Part shown: positions 18,733 through 28,862 of the stretch, piece after piece | Numbering within the stretch: the stretch's first letter is position 1 | How the letters are laid out: each line of letters begins with the position of its first letter | NCBI GenBank assembly: GCA_032117075.1 | Contig: JAUMAA010000003.1 | Coordinates: 107,574 to 157,491 of the forward strand | Length of the DNA: 49,918 nucleotides | DNA from: Patescibacteria group bacterium | GTDB taxonomy: Bacteria; Patescibacteriota; WWE3; UBA101185; UBA10185 | Reading direction: 5' to 3' | Position numbers and translations under genes: made by a program | Notes under the pieces: generated by a model | Database searches by the model: none | Told to the model about the DNA's origin: nothing | The model's input: only the letters and a program-made list of their open reading frames with translations

Positions 18733-19962
18733 TTAAAATCCTTGCTTAGCTAATTCTTTAGCTTTTTCTAACTGTGTATCTATTTGTGAATTTTTAAATT
18801 TCTCATTATCAAATTCAGTTTCAACATCAGGCATAATACCTTTTAGATGTATCCAAGATTTGTCAGGAAGTAACCATTTTTGGACAGTTACATGAAGTGA
18901 TCCACCATCTTTGAAATCGTAAGGCTGTTGAATAGAGCCTTTACCAAATGTTTTTTTACCTACTAACTTAGCTCCTTTGTTTATCTTAAGAGCACCCGCT
19001 AAAATTTCAGATGCAGAGGCACTTCCCTCGTCTATTAGAACAATTACATTGTTTAAATTCTGAAGTTGGCCATTATTTCTCTCCGAGTTAAGTGGAACTT
19101 GTTTTCCATATTTATCTTCAAAATATATAACAGGCATATTTTTAAAGAATTCGCCAGATAAATAAGCTGCGGATGAAAGTAATCCTCCAGGATTACCTCT
19201 TACATCTACAATAACTGAATCCAACTCTGTCATTTTTACAGACATTTCTTTAACAGCTTGGTCCCATTGAGAGTTTGTCTCAGATCCAAATTTAGATACC
19301 CTTAAATAAGCAGTACCATTACCCAAATCTTTCCAGGTTACAGATTTCAAGGTAATCTTGTTTCTTGTGATATCTAGATCAAACAAATCTTTACCCTCTC
19401 TAAAAACTGTTAGTTTAACACTAGTACCGCCTTTACCTCTTATCTTAGAAACAGCCTGTCCTAAAGTCATGTTATAAGTGCTTTCTCCGTTTATTTTAAT
19501 GATCTTATCTCCTGGCAAAATCCCTGCTTCTTTTGCTGGGGAACCGTCTATAGGAGAAATAATCATTAATTGGTTTTCTTTAGAATACCCTAACTCAGCA
19601 CCTATACCCTCATAGATGCCATTTAAAGAACTTTCAAATTGATTATTCTCTACCGGATCAAAATAAGAAGTAAACTGATCGCCAGTTGCAGAAACCATAC
19701 CTTTAATTGCACCGTTTATTAATTTCTTCTGGTCTAAAGGAGTTTCTAGATATTTGTCATTTAAGGTGTCATACACTTCCCAAAATTGTGCAAAATCTAT
19801 ATTTTCATCTGAGGGTCTTTTGTTAACAATCTCTACTTGAGGGGGATTTGATTTTAATTCGTAATCGTAACCCCTTTTACCAAAATAGTGACCTCCAAAG
19901 AATGAGGCTACTGTTAAAGCAATTACGACTAAAGCTAATTCAAATTTTTGTAAGTTTGTCAT
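18733..19962 (-). CDS. ctpA: C-terminal processing peptidase (S41A)
   Basis: GIGAEL PDZ, DVRGNPGG, SASASEI, TFGKGSIQ and GIMPD. Confidence 0.95.
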   Translation of the reverse strand: MTNLQKFELALVVIALTVASFFGGHYFGKRGYDYELKSNPPQVEIVNKRPSDENIDFAQFWEVYDTLNDKYLETPLDQKKLINGAIKGMVSATGDQFTSYFDPVENNQFESSLNGIYEGIGAELGYSKENQLMIISPIDGSPAKEAGILPGDKIIKINGESTYNMTLGQAVSKIRGKGGTSVKLTVFREGKDLFDLDITRNKITLKSVTWKDLGNGTAYLRVSKFGSETNSQWDQAVKEMSVKMTELDSVIVDVRGNPGGLLSSAAYLSGEFFKNMPVIYFEDKYGKQVPLNSERNNGQLQNLNNVIVLIDEGSASASEILAGALKINKGAKLVGKKTFGKGSIQQPYDFKDGGSLHVTVQKWLLPDKSWIHLKGIMPDVETEFDNEKFKNSQIDTQLEKAKELAKQGF

Positions 19963-19964
19963 AT

Positions 19965-20927
19965 CTAAGCAATTAGATTTGAGTAATGTGTTACAACTTC
20001 CTCATCTAACTTGATAATTTTAACACGAACATTTTCATGTTCAATTGATGTAACAATCCCTTCCCAACCAAAGTAAGGGTAATCCAATACAACTACTGGT
20101 AACCCAATTTTAAGGTTAACAAATGAATTTTCATTTTTATAATTTGAATCTAACTCAGAAATGAATAAATTATTACTTCCTTCTCTCACAATCACATATT
20201 TTGATTTAAAGGTTTTTAAAAATTTCCATGTTTTTTCTCTAACCGGAATTCTTCCAAAACCCGAAAGTATTCCGACAAAGAAATTATTCTCTTTGGCTAT
20301 CTTCAGAGTTTCCCTATCACAACTTGAGGTAATAATTCCCTCACAACCTATCTCAATTGCCTTCAGTAGCATTTCTTTTCTTAGAAAGTCACCAGTGTAA
20401 ACAATTTTTCCTAAGCCATTTTTAATATATTTATCCATATATTCTATTTCTATTAATTCTGAAGGATTTGGTAAAACTTCTAAAACACCCTCACATAAAG
20501 AAGTTGAGGTTGCAAAAAACTTCAGTTCAAAACCACTGGTCTTGATTAAAATAGATCTGGAAGGGATTGCATTGCTTACAACTCCGCTTACACCGCTAAT
20601 CAACCAATAATCTTCTGGATCTTTTACAAGAACATTTATTTTTCCTCTATTTTCTAAATACCCATCAAACGGAGCAAATAGATATTTATTATTTCCAAAA
20701 GCTACCAAGTCACCAATTTTATATTGTTTTTGTGTAAATGAATTTTTAGCAATTTTTAAATCGATTGGGATTAGGATTTCTCTAATACTATTTTTTGAAA
20801 AACCAATCTTAGAGTAACTGTTAACTTTTTCGTTTAAATTTAAAAGAATCTTTCCCTTACTTGGAAGAGCTCTCTCAAAGAAAACATCCTCATGGTAAGT
20901 AATATTTTTAAAAACTGGAATAATCAT
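19965..20927 (-). CDS. Hypothetical protein
   Basis: 320-aa ORF coupled to its neighbours; AIEIGCEGII, GFGRIP and a KOW-like C-terminus (PYFGWEGIV). Confidence 0.75.
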   Translation of the reverse strand: MIIPVFKNITYHEDVFFERALPSKGKILLNLNEKVNSYSKIGFSKNSIREILIPIDLKIAKNSFTQKQYKIGDLVAFGNNKYLFAPFDGYLENRGKINVLVKDPEDYWLISGVSGVVSNAIPSRSILIKTSGFELKFFATSTSLCEGVLEVLPNPSELIEIEYMDKYIKNGLGKIVYTGDFLRKEMLLKAIEIGCEGIITSSCDRETLKIAKENNFFVGILSGFGRIPVREKTWKFLKTFKSKYVIVREGSNNLFISELDSNYKNENSFVNLKIGLPVVVLDYPYFGWEGIVTSIEHENVRVKIIKLDEEVVTHYSNLIA

Positions 20928-21879
20928 AAGTTTTTTCTATTGAATTTATTACTTGCCTCAAACTTTCAATTCCTAAATTATCTTTTTTCTGCATTGAACT
21001 TCTTTTATCAATAAATACTCCTCCAAATTCTCTGTCTAAAATTAAATCTCCCTTTCCTATCTCTTTTCCTTTATATCTTAAAACTAGATTTGAATCAATT
21101 TTATACTTGGATTCTACATCTGAATGCAAAAATAAAATTTCTTTTTTCCTTACCTCTACATATTTTGAGTCATTTTTTCTTTCAAGCATAAATTCGGTAT
21201 CTTTTTCAGAAACAAAAAGATAGACAAACTTTTCAAATTTAGGGCTCTTATATCCGATATTAGTTTGAATATTTAAATTTGCAAAATGAGCATATTCAGA
21301 ATTAATATCAAGATAAACTTCATAAAATCCAGAAGCTAAAATCTCGGAAATTAAATTAATTTTATATTCATTAGGAATATCCTTATTCGAAAAATAATCA
21401 CCTCCGATTACTACTTTTCTTTTTTTTGTCGTGAAGATTTTATCAATTGATTTAGAAAAAAATACAACTTCTTCTAAGTCATTATTAAATACTTTCGCTG
21501 GAAAAACTGACCTATTGGCTACAAAATTATCACTCCTAATGCTTAATCCCAAGGAAGCTGAAGAAATATTTTCAGTACTTATTAAAGTTAAGTTGTCAAA
21601 ATAGATATATAAAAAGTCTTTGTCTTTTTGAATTAATTCATTAAGAGAAAAAGAAGGTTTTCCAAATAATGTATATTGATAAAAAGTTGAAGTTATTAAA
21701 AATAAGCAATCAGAGGGCTTAATCTTTATAGATTTTAAAAAAGAAGTTATTAAATACTCCAAATCCTTTTCATTTTGAAAGGTAGGATAAAAAGAAAATC
21801 TAAAATTATTAGCCTTACCTTCTTTGTAGACTAAGATAAAAACACTATTTGAAGTTATAAATACGGACAGAATATACAC
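20908..21879 (-). CDS. Hypothetical protein (possibly degenerate GlmL/MutL-like)
   Basis: 323-aa ORF with a GTG start after TGaTAATAT; C-terminal GGVFIDKR is weakly reminiscent of the GlmL G.IIDAR ending. Confidence 0.65.
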   Translation of the reverse strand: MYILSVFITSNSVFILVYKEGKANNFRFSFYPTFQNEKDLEYLITSFLKSIKIKPSDCLFLITSTFYQYTLFGKPSFSLNELIQKDKDFLYIYFDNLTLISTENISSASLGLSIRSDNFVANRSVFPAKVFNNDLEEVVFFSKSIDKIFTTKKRKVVIGGDYFSNKDIPNEYKINLISEILASGFYEVYLDINSEYAHFANLNIQTNIGYKSPKFEKFVYLFVSEKDTEFMLERKNDSKYVEVRKKEILFLHSDVESKYKIDSNLVLRYKGKEIGKGDLILDREFGGVFIDKRSSMQKKDNLGIESLRQVINSIEKTYDYSSF

Positions 21880-21929
21880 AATTTAATATTATCATTTTAA
21901 TAATTGAATACTATAAATCAATCTCAAAT

Positions 21930-22163
21930 TTATAATTGAGAATGTAGGTCAGTGTAAGGAAGAAGTCCCATGAATCTTGCTTTTTTGATCTCGTTTGCAA
22001 GTAGTCTTTGATTCTTTGAACTTAAACCAGTTTTAGAAGTTGGAAGGATTTTAAATTTATCAGATAAGAATCTTCTTAAAATCAAAACATCTTTATAATT
22101 AGGTTTAACTTTATTTGTTTCAAAAAAGTCTTTTTTATTTGTTGGTTTCTTTTTTAATGTCAT
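21930..22163 (-). CDS. rpsR: 30S ribosomal protein S18 (Cys-free form)
   Basis: NYKDV..LRRFLS..KILP...TG...KNQR.LA.EIKKAR..GLLPY; part of the rpsF-ssb-rpsR operon. Confidence 0.96.
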   Translation of the reverse strand: MTLKKKPTNKKDFFETNKVKPNYKDVLILRRFLSDKFKILPTSKTGLSSKNQRLLANEIKKARFMGLLPYTDLHSQL

Positions 22164-22173
22164 ATTTATTTAT

Positions 22174-22593
22174 TTAGAAAGGTAAATCATCAGTATTGAT
22201 TTCCTCTACTACCTCCATTGTTTGGTCTTCTGTATCTTGTGATTGAGATGAAGCACCATCTTTCTTACTATCTAAAATAATCATATCGTCAATTACAATT
22301 TCTGTTCTTCTATTCTTTTGACCATCTTGTCCATCCCATTCTCTAGTTTGAATTCTACCTTCAACATATACCTTGGTTCCTTTTTTCAGAAGCTGAGCAC
22401 ATAGCTCTCCTAATTTTTGCCAAGCTACTATATTGTGAAAATCAGTTTGTTGCTTGTTCTCACCATCAACTTTCCATTCTCTATTAGTTGCTAATCCAAA
22501 AGTGCAGTATGCAGATCCAGAAGGTGTATATTTTAACTCAGGTGTTCTGGTTAAATTTCCAATTAATTGAACTTTGTTTAAACTTCTAGACAT
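22174..22593 (-). CDS. ssb: Single-stranded DNA-binding protein
   Basis: LNKVQLIGNL, VYVEGRIQTR.W and C-terminal DDLPF. Confidence 0.98.
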   Translation of the reverse strand: MSRSLNKVQLIGNLTRTPELKYTPSGSAYCTFGLATNREWKVDGENKQQTDFHNIVAWQKLGELCAQLLKKGTKVYVEGRIQTREWDGQDGQKNRRTEIVIDDMIILDSKKDGASSQSQDTEDQTMEVVEEINTDDLPF

Positions 22594-22604
22594 AATACCC
22601 TTTC

Positions 22605-22895
22605 TTATTTAGCCTCTACAACATTAACAATATATCTTACCAAACCTTCTATTAAAGAAAGTCTTGTTTGAAAAGGTGCTAATTTTGCTGGAGCAAGTTC
22701 AAAATTAATAACTTCATAGTAACCTTCGGTTTCGTTCTCAATTTTGTAGGCAAATCTTCTTTTACCCCAATTGCTATCAGAGACAACTTTTCCACCGTTC
22801 TTTTCAATAGCTTCTCTAACTAAACCAGAAACTAGTGAGAATCCTTCTTCTCCTAGTGATTTTTTGCTAATTGTCATTATTTCGTAATTTCTCAT
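22605..22895 (-). CDS. rpsF: 30S ribosomal protein S6
   Basis: MRNYE, WGKRRFAYKI and EGYY. Confidence 0.96.
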   Translation of the reverse strand: MRNYEIMTISKKSLGEEGFSLVSGLVREAIEKNGGKVVSDSNWGKRRFAYKIENETEGYYEVINFELAPAKLAPFQTRLSLIEGLVRYIVNVVEAK

Positions 22896-22941
22896 ATAAC
22901 TTCCGCCTATCTTACAATAAAATAATTAATATATCAAGGTT

Positions 22942-24036
22942 TTAAACATTGAATTTGAATTCTACTACATCCCCGTCCTGCATAACATAAGCTTTACCTT
23001 CGTTCCTAAGTAGTCCTAAACTTTTAGCATTTTTATAGCTTCCTGATTTGACTAAGTCCTCGTAGGAAATAACATCTGCAGAAATAAACCCTTTTTCAAA
23101 GTCTGTATGGATTACACCTGCAGCTTCTGGGGCTTTTGCCCCCTTTTTGATTGTCCAAGCCCTGACTTCTTTGGGACCTGCTGTAAAATAGGTTTGAAGA
23201 CCAAGTAAGTCATAACCTTTTCTAATAAGCTTATTTAGTCCTGATTCTTTAATTCCCATCTCACTCATAAATTCCTTAGAGGATTCCTCGTCCAAAAGAA
23301 CTAACTCGCTCTCTAATTTTGCACACAAATAAATATTTCCATCTTCCCTACCTTCATATTCTGAGATTTTAGATTCATCAATATTAAAAACGGAGATTTT
23401 GGGTTTGTAGAAAAGTAAATTAAATCTCTTAGCCATTTCCATCTCTTTATCTGAAATATTACTTTTATCAGTTCCAGCTTCAAGTCTTTTGAGCATTATT
23501 TCTAAAATTCTTAATTCTTCTTCAAGATCTGAGTTATTTCCCTTTTTGAGGTCATTTTTTACCCTTTCTATTCTTTTTTGAACAATTTCTATATCCGCTA
23601 ATGCAAGTTCAATTTCAATCACCTCTCTATCAGTTATAGGCTCTGTACTTCCTTCTCTAACAACATTAGGATCAGTAAAATCTCTTAATACATGGGCTAT
23701 AGCATCAACTTCTCTTATATGAGATAAAAATTTATTTCCAAGTCCTTGTCCTGATGATGCACCTTTAACTAAACCTGCAATATCAACAAATTCTATAATA
23801 GCAGGGACAACTCTTTCTGGAACTTCTCTAGTTGAATTTGGATTAAAGTATTCATCATGAACAACTTTTTTTAATCCTTCAAACCTACTATCAGGAACTT
23901 CTACAATTCCTACGTTAGGTTCGATAGTTGCAAAAGGATAGTTTGCTGCTAAAGCTACTGTTTTTTTTAAAAGTGCATTAAATAAAGTGGATTTTCCAAC
24001 ATTAGGAAAACCAACAATTCCGATTTTGAGTGACAT
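22942..24036 (-). CDS. ychF: Redox-regulated ribosome-binding ATPase YchF
   Basis: GIVGFPNVGKST, ANYPFATIEPN, DIAGLVKGAS.G.GLGNKFL and IHTDFEKGFI. Confidence 0.98.
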   Translation of the reverse strand: MSLKIGIVGFPNVGKSTLFNALLKKTVALAANYPFATIEPNVGIVEVPDSRFEGLKKVVHDEYFNPNSTREVPERVVPAIIEFVDIAGLVKGASSGQGLGNKFLSHIREVDAIAHVLRDFTDPNVVREGSTEPITDREVIEIELALADIEIVQKRIERVKNDLKKGNNSDLEEELRILEIMLKRLEAGTDKSNISDKEMEMAKRFNLLFYKPKISVFNIDESKISEYEGREDGNIYLCAKLESELVLLDEESSKEFMSEMGIKESGLNKLIRKGYDLLGLQTYFTAGPKEVRAWTIKKGAKAPEAAGVIHTDFEKGFISADVISYEDLVKSGSYKNAKSLGLLRNEGKAYVMQDGDVVEFKFNV

Positions 24037-24057
24037 AGTTTTAATATTATATATTTT

Positions 24058-24252
24058 TTATTGAAAATTAGAACAATTAATTAAATGTCCTATAAATAGA
24101 AAATGAGTTGTTAGCTGGAATGATCCGGTCTTTACTTCTCCAGCAATTAAACCTTTGACCACCTCCGAAGTATTAGCCTCAATTGCCTTCTCAATCACTT
24201 CCAAATACAATATTATCAGTGTCCCTTCAGAATACCTCGTCTTCAAAAACAT
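24058..24252 (-). CDS. Possible small ORF or eroded gene remnant
   Basis: 64-aa ORF with GGAG 4 nt upstream; an 18-codon ORF in another frame precedes it; no recognisable motif. Confidence 0.3.
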   Translation of the reverse strand: MFLKTRYSEGTLIILYLEVIEKAIEANTSEVVKGLIAGEVKTGSFQLTTHFLFIGHLINCSNFQ

Positions 24253-24329
24253 AAAACTCCACCGGGAATTGGGCTGTATAGAAACCCGTACATTTTCATA
24301 TACCCTCTGCTGATATGGTAAATAATATA

Positions 24330-27300
24330 CTATGGGTTAGTTCTTTTGTGAAATCTGGATAAAAATAAAACCATTAAAATAATAAAACCAAAAAATAATA
24401 AGAACTGGGGAACATAAATAATTGTAACTCTCTCCTTAGCAGAGCTAATTTCCCAAGTCAAAGCATACCCGTTTGAAGAACCAGCAAAAACACAAGGAGA
24501 AAAATCGCAAAAAGCTACCCACCCTTTTTGATTATCTTGATTTAATGTTAAAAATCTCTGATTCTCGGTGATGTCCTTTTTATCAACAATGTACAACCAA
24601 GGACTAATCCTCGCCCCATCCAACTTAACACTTTTCGTTGAAATTTCTGATTTATCTTTCTCCTTCACTTGACTATTTAAGACTGAATTTCCTTCCAAGT
24701 CTATTTCAGTAATTTGCAAACTATTAACCTTAAATGAGGACCTGCTTCCAACAATAGATGATAAATCAACTCTCAAGTTAAGAGAGCTCTTAGGAAGTAT
24801 CAATACTCTTTCCAAATTCCTACCTGGCTGAAGTTTATCGATAGTTAAACACTCACTCTTACCGCCTGCACAAATCGGCACACCCTTTTCATTAATTAAT
24901 GAATAGTTTAAGACTGCCAAATAACCTGTTTGGTTTTGTTTAAAGTAACCCTCACCTTCAAGTAAATTTAAACAGAGAGATTTATTTGATGAAAAAGAAA
25001 TTTCTGAACTTTCAAATTTTACATATTCACTTTCTCCTTTAACACTTGAGCATAAATTTAAAAAACTTTTGTTGGTTAGATTTATCTCTGTTAAATTAAA
25101 TTTCATTTGCTGATTTTGATCTGATAGTTGTTTTGGTAAATCTTTAAAATCAACTTGACGAATAAAATTATAATTTGTAACAATCAAATTACCAATTTCA
25201 AAACTACCTCCTTCCTTCCTACTCAAATCTGGAAAAAGAAATAAGGTGTAATCATTGCTATTTTTTATTGGATTGAAAGCGAAAGTAAAATTATTATCTT
25301 TATTTAAAAACCCTTCAATTTGACATTTTTTGTTTTCATTATCTTGTAGGCAAAATGTTAGGTAACTATCTTTGGATGAAAATAAGTTAAGTTGGATACT
25401 AACAGGATTACCCTTGGAGAAAATGTTCTTATTTATTTTTGAAAATAGACACAAAGTTGGGTTATTTTCTGAAGCGGATATAACTAAACTGCCGTTGATA
25501 AATTGATAAGAAAAAGAACCTGTAGGATTCTCTTTACAACTATCAAGTTCGATCTTACCCTCGTAAAACTCATTAATTAAATATGTTTTAGAGTTACTCT
25601 CACTATAAAAATTTAAAGTAGATGCTTCACTTACTAAAAAATTCTTTGACTCAAAATTTTTGATATCAAAGTAATTTTTGTCGTCTATATAGACCAGATT
25701 TGTATAATTTGGTAAGGAAAAACTGACGGATTCGCTTGCCAAACCTGTGGCAAGAAGATTTAATGAATTTTTATCAAATGTTACCTGATACAGATTCGTA
25801 GATTCTTTATTCGATGAAATTTCACTTTTTGTTAAAGGAAGAAGTCTGATCTTTTTACCTCCATCTAATAATTGGTACCTATCTTTATTCAAATTTCTTA
25901 AACTAGATAAGAAACTGTATGGATAATTAATTATTTCTTTACTTACACTCGATTCCTTTTGAGGGACCTCTAGGTAATCTCCAATTACCTGATGAACCGG
26001 ATCCTTATACCTTAACCCTTGATAAGAACTAACTGGAGACAAAAATTGATTAAGCCCAGCCATTCCAATTTCAATTTTTGTCTCCAAAACTAAAATCTTA
26101 CCAAAACTTTTTTTAGTACTTATTAGGTTAGTTTTCTCAAGCAAAATTTGAAAGTTATTTGAAAGTTTTAGGTTCTCTTCCAAGGATAAACCAGGAATTA
26201 TTACATTTCTATCTATAATAAAATGTTTGATTTGATACTTATTTATAATACTAGCTAAAAGTTTTTCATCATTACTCTCAACAGCGTAATTAACTTCCCA
26301 ATAGATACTCTCGTTAGTTTTGTTCCATACATCATAAGATCTATAAATGACTGGTTGCTTTAAACCGTACATTACAAATCCAGAACCTCTGTAACCAAAA
26401 TCATAGTAGGTCCAAGCCCAAAACTTGTCTGCAGGAGCTAAAAACACTCTTTCCTCAGTACTTCTGCTATTAAAATATTCAAACAGTCTTGAATATTCAC
26501 CAGGTAAAAAAACTTTGGTATTTGGATTAAGGAGCTTTCCCTCAAAATAAGGGAAAAATCTGTTAACAAAAAGTGTTAGAAATAAAATACAAATTAGGAA
26601 GACTACTCTATCAGAATTTTTATAATTACTTAAAAATGCAGAAACTTTATCTAAGATAAATGATATTCCAACAGAAAATAAAATTGCATATGTGAAGGAA
26701 GCTAAAATAGAAAATTTAGTAAAAGGAAATCTTAATGCTTCCTTAAGTAATGGGATATTATCTCTTAGAAAATTATAAGGTAAAGAAAACGGTTCTCTAC
26801 CCGCTGTTAAAAAGAAAATAGATATGACAAATAAGAAAGAAAAGATACGAAACTTTTTGACAAACACAGAAATTATTAAACCTAAAACTATTAGGAATAC
26901 AAAAATGTAATGAATAGTTACACTAGAATTTAAAGCTAAATGTTTAGCCCAATCATCTAATAGAGGATCAAAAGTTCCGAATCTGTTATTAAAATCTGTT
27001 GAATCAAACCAAAAATTTCGAAGTTCTAAAATATTACCCAAATCACCATATTTTTGATTCAAGAAAAAAGATTCTTCAGAGGAAAGAAGATTAATTGTAG
27101 TCTTGGAAACATTCTCTGCTCCCAAGGCAATAGCATAAATTACAGGACCTAGCCAAAAAAAATTAGCCAAAAAATAGAAAACAAAAATTCTGACTAAATT
27201 AAAAAATCTTTTTTTCTTTTCTGGATATATCAGGACTTCGTATAATAAATAAAAAAAATAATAAATTAGGAAAGCGAAAAAAAGTGTTCCTGTATAGGCT

Positions 27301-27857
27301 TGAGAGGTGCTAACAAAAGTGATGAGTAAAAAAATTAAAACATTTTTCTTAGAATATCCATCTAATAAACTTTTTCCAGACCAAAAAAGCCACGGTAGAA
27401 AGGCAAACTGGGCAATAAAACCGTCAAATGATGTATAAAAAAGCTGTAATGTTGAAAGATTAAATATATAAAACAGAGTTCCTAAAAAAGCTAAGTCCCT
27501 CGAATAATTTCTACCTCTTCCAAAAACACTAACATTTAAGAAAAAGTACATCCCTAGTGCACCAACTAGAAGCATAGCAAAAGTCCATAAGTATCTTAGA
27601 AAACTCTCAGGTAAGAAAAATGAAAAAAGTAACAAAAAAATATTTCTTGATAAATCAGAAGCAAAAGACATAGGACCATGAGTTCCAAGTCCCATATATT
27701 CTTGCCAAACACTTAGTGTTTTTTCGAAGGCTGCAGAAAAATTAAACTCAGGATGCCAACTATCAAAACCCATCAAAGTCGTACCGGGAGTATAGTTTTG
27801 AAATGAGATTATGAAAACTATTAAAGTTAATAAGTAAGGATAAATTTTACTTGGCAT
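24330..27857 (-). CDS. Large membrane protein, GT-C-type glycosyltransferase-like (AftD/YfhO-like)
   Basis: About 12 N-terminal TM segments, LRFPFTKF, a large extracytoplasmic beta-rich region, C-terminal LNQ...GW and NGYALTW plus a final TM helix; coupled to a GT2 gene. Confidence 0.7.
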   Translation of the reverse strand: MPSKIYPYLLTLIVFIISFQNYTPGTTLMGFDSWHPEFNFSAAFEKTLSVWQEYMGLGTHGPMSFASDLSRNIFLLLFSFFLPESFLRYLWTFAMLLVGALGMYFFLNVSVFGRGRNYSRDLAFLGTLFYIFNLSTLQLFYTSFDGFIAQFAFLPWLFWSGKSLLDGYSKKNVLIFLLITFVSTSQAYTGTLFFAFLIYYFFYLLYEVLIYPEKKKRFFNLVRIFVFYFLANFFWLGPVIYAIALGAENVSKTTINLLSSEESFFLNQKYGDLGNILELRNFWFDSTDFNNRFGTFDPLLDDWAKHLALNSSVTIHYIFVFLIVLGLIISVFVKKFRIFSFLFVISIFFLTAGREPFSLPYNFLRDNIPLLKEALRFPFTKFSILASFTYAILFSVGISFILDKVSAFLSNYKNSDRVVFLICILFLTLFVNRFFPYFEGKLLNPNTKVFLPGEYSRLFEYFNSRSTEERVFLAPADKFWAWTYYDFGYRGSGFVMYGLKQPVIYRSYDVWNKTNESIYWEVNYAVESNDEKLLASIINKYQIKHFIIDRNVIIPGLSLEENLKLSNNFQILLEKTNLISTKKSFGKILVLETKIEIGMAGLNQFLSPVSSYQGLRYKDPVHQVIGDYLEVPQKESSVSKEIINYPYSFLSSLRNLNKDRYQLLDGGKKIRLLPLTKSEISSNKESTNLYQVTFDKNSLNLLATGLASESVSFSLPNYTNLVYIDDKNYFDIKNFESKNFLVSEASTLNFYSESNSKTYLINEFYEGKIELDSCKENPTGSFSYQFINGSLVISASENNPTLCLFSKINKNIFSKGNPVSIQLNLFSSKDSYLTFCLQDNENKKCQIEGFLNKDNNFTFAFNPIKNSNDYTLFLFPDLSRKEGGSFEIGNLIVTNYNFIRQVDFKDLPKQLSDQNQQMKFNLTEINLTNKSFLNLCSSVKGESEYVKFESSEISFSSNKSLCLNLLEGEGYFKQNQTGYLAVLNYSLINEKGVPICAGGKSECLTIDKLQPGRNLERVLILPKSSLNLRVDLSSIVGSRSSFKVNSLQITEIDLEGNSVLNSQVKEKDKSEISTKSVKLDGARISPWLYIVDKKDITENQRFLTLNQDNQKGWVAFCDFSPCVFAGSSNGYALTWEISSAKERVTIIYVPQFLLFFGFIILMVLFLSRFHKRTNP

Positions 27858-28779
27858 TAGCCAAATTATATCTTTTTAAAAAGTTTAATAAAACCCTTTT
27901 ATTATCCAAACCTAAAATTTTAGTTACAGATCCAAGACCTCTAATTATTGCAAATACCGGATAAATAAAACTGGTAGGTAAAATACTTACGACAAAATAC
28001 TGAACTAAGTTTAATATCTTAGCTTTGGTAGTTGGCTTGAAACCATAAAACTTCACAGCTAATTCTCTAGTTCTATAGGTATTATAGAAAGTTAATTTTG
28101 GCTGGCTTAATGAAGTTGAAGAACTATATTGCCTATATCTTAATGTAGAAACTTTTAAGTTAGCAAAATTACCATATTTAAATAATCTAAAGAATAAATC
28201 AACTTCCTCAGCTGTAACAGCATTGTCGTTATACCAAACAAATCCATTTGGTAATTTTGATTTATTCACCATCATTGAACCTTGTTGAACTGTCATAAAT
28301 GTAAACAATCCGTCATATATTGCCTTATGTGATAATGGGAAGTTTTTCATTCCTGTTTTAAAACCTTGCTCATTCATAAGCTCTACTTGACCTCCTACGA
28401 CAATAGTATTTTTGTGAGTTAATAAGTAATTAACCTGCTTTTCTATCCTATATGAAGGCATGTAGTCGTCTGAGTCAAATCTAGCAATAAATCTACCTTT
28501 AGCCTTAGATAAAGCAAAGTTAGTTGTCTTACCAACACCTAAGTTTTTCTTATTCTTAAAAACTTTAATATTTTTATGTTTTTTAGCGTAATTTTGTAGT
28601 ATTTCTAATGAATTATCTTTAGATCCGTCGTCTACAGCAATTAATTCCCAATTTTTGTATGTTTGGTCTAGTACAGAATCTATAGCCTCTTCTATAAATT
28701 TAGAAGCATTATAAACAGGCATGATAATAGAAACTAAGGGTTTTCTAGTTAAATTTTTTTGAGCAAGTGTTTTTTTCAT
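27847..28779 (-). CDS. Glycosyltransferase family 2
   Basis: VSIIMPVYN, VDDGSKD and ARFDSDD (DxD). Confidence 0.95.
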   Translation of the reverse strand: MKKTLAQKNLTRKPLVSIIMPVYNASKFIEEAIDSVLDQTYKNWELIAVDDGSKDNSLEILQNYAKKHKNIKVFKNKKNLGVGKTTNFALSKAKGRFIARFDSDDYMPSYRIEKQVNYLLTHKNTIVVGGQVELMNEQGFKTGMKNFPLSHKAIYDGLFTFMTVQQGSMMVNKSKLPNGFVWYNDNAVTAEEVDLFFRLFKYGNFANLKVSTLRYRQYSSSTSLSQPKLTFYNTYRTRELAVKFYGFKPTTKAKILNLVQYFVVSILPTSFIYPVFAIIRGLGSVTKILGLDNKRVLLNFLKRYNLANAK

Positions 28780-28831
28780 ATCTTAATTAATTTTTAAAAT
28801 AAAAGTAAATATAATTTTCAAATTTGGGTAT

Positions 28832-28862
28832 GTGGTCCGCATGCGTAAGCATTGCGGACCAC
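28832..28862. terminator. GC-rich stem-loop 3' of the Thr/Ala-rich gene
   Basis: GTGGTCCGC-ATGC-GTAA-GCAT-T-GCGGACCAC: 13 bp with one bulge; no clear U-tract on either side. Confidence 0.45.

Noticed and set aside
24058-24299. UGA read-through (genetic code 25)
   Set aside because: All long genes translate under code 11 without internal TGA, and the TGA-containing frames also hit TAA.
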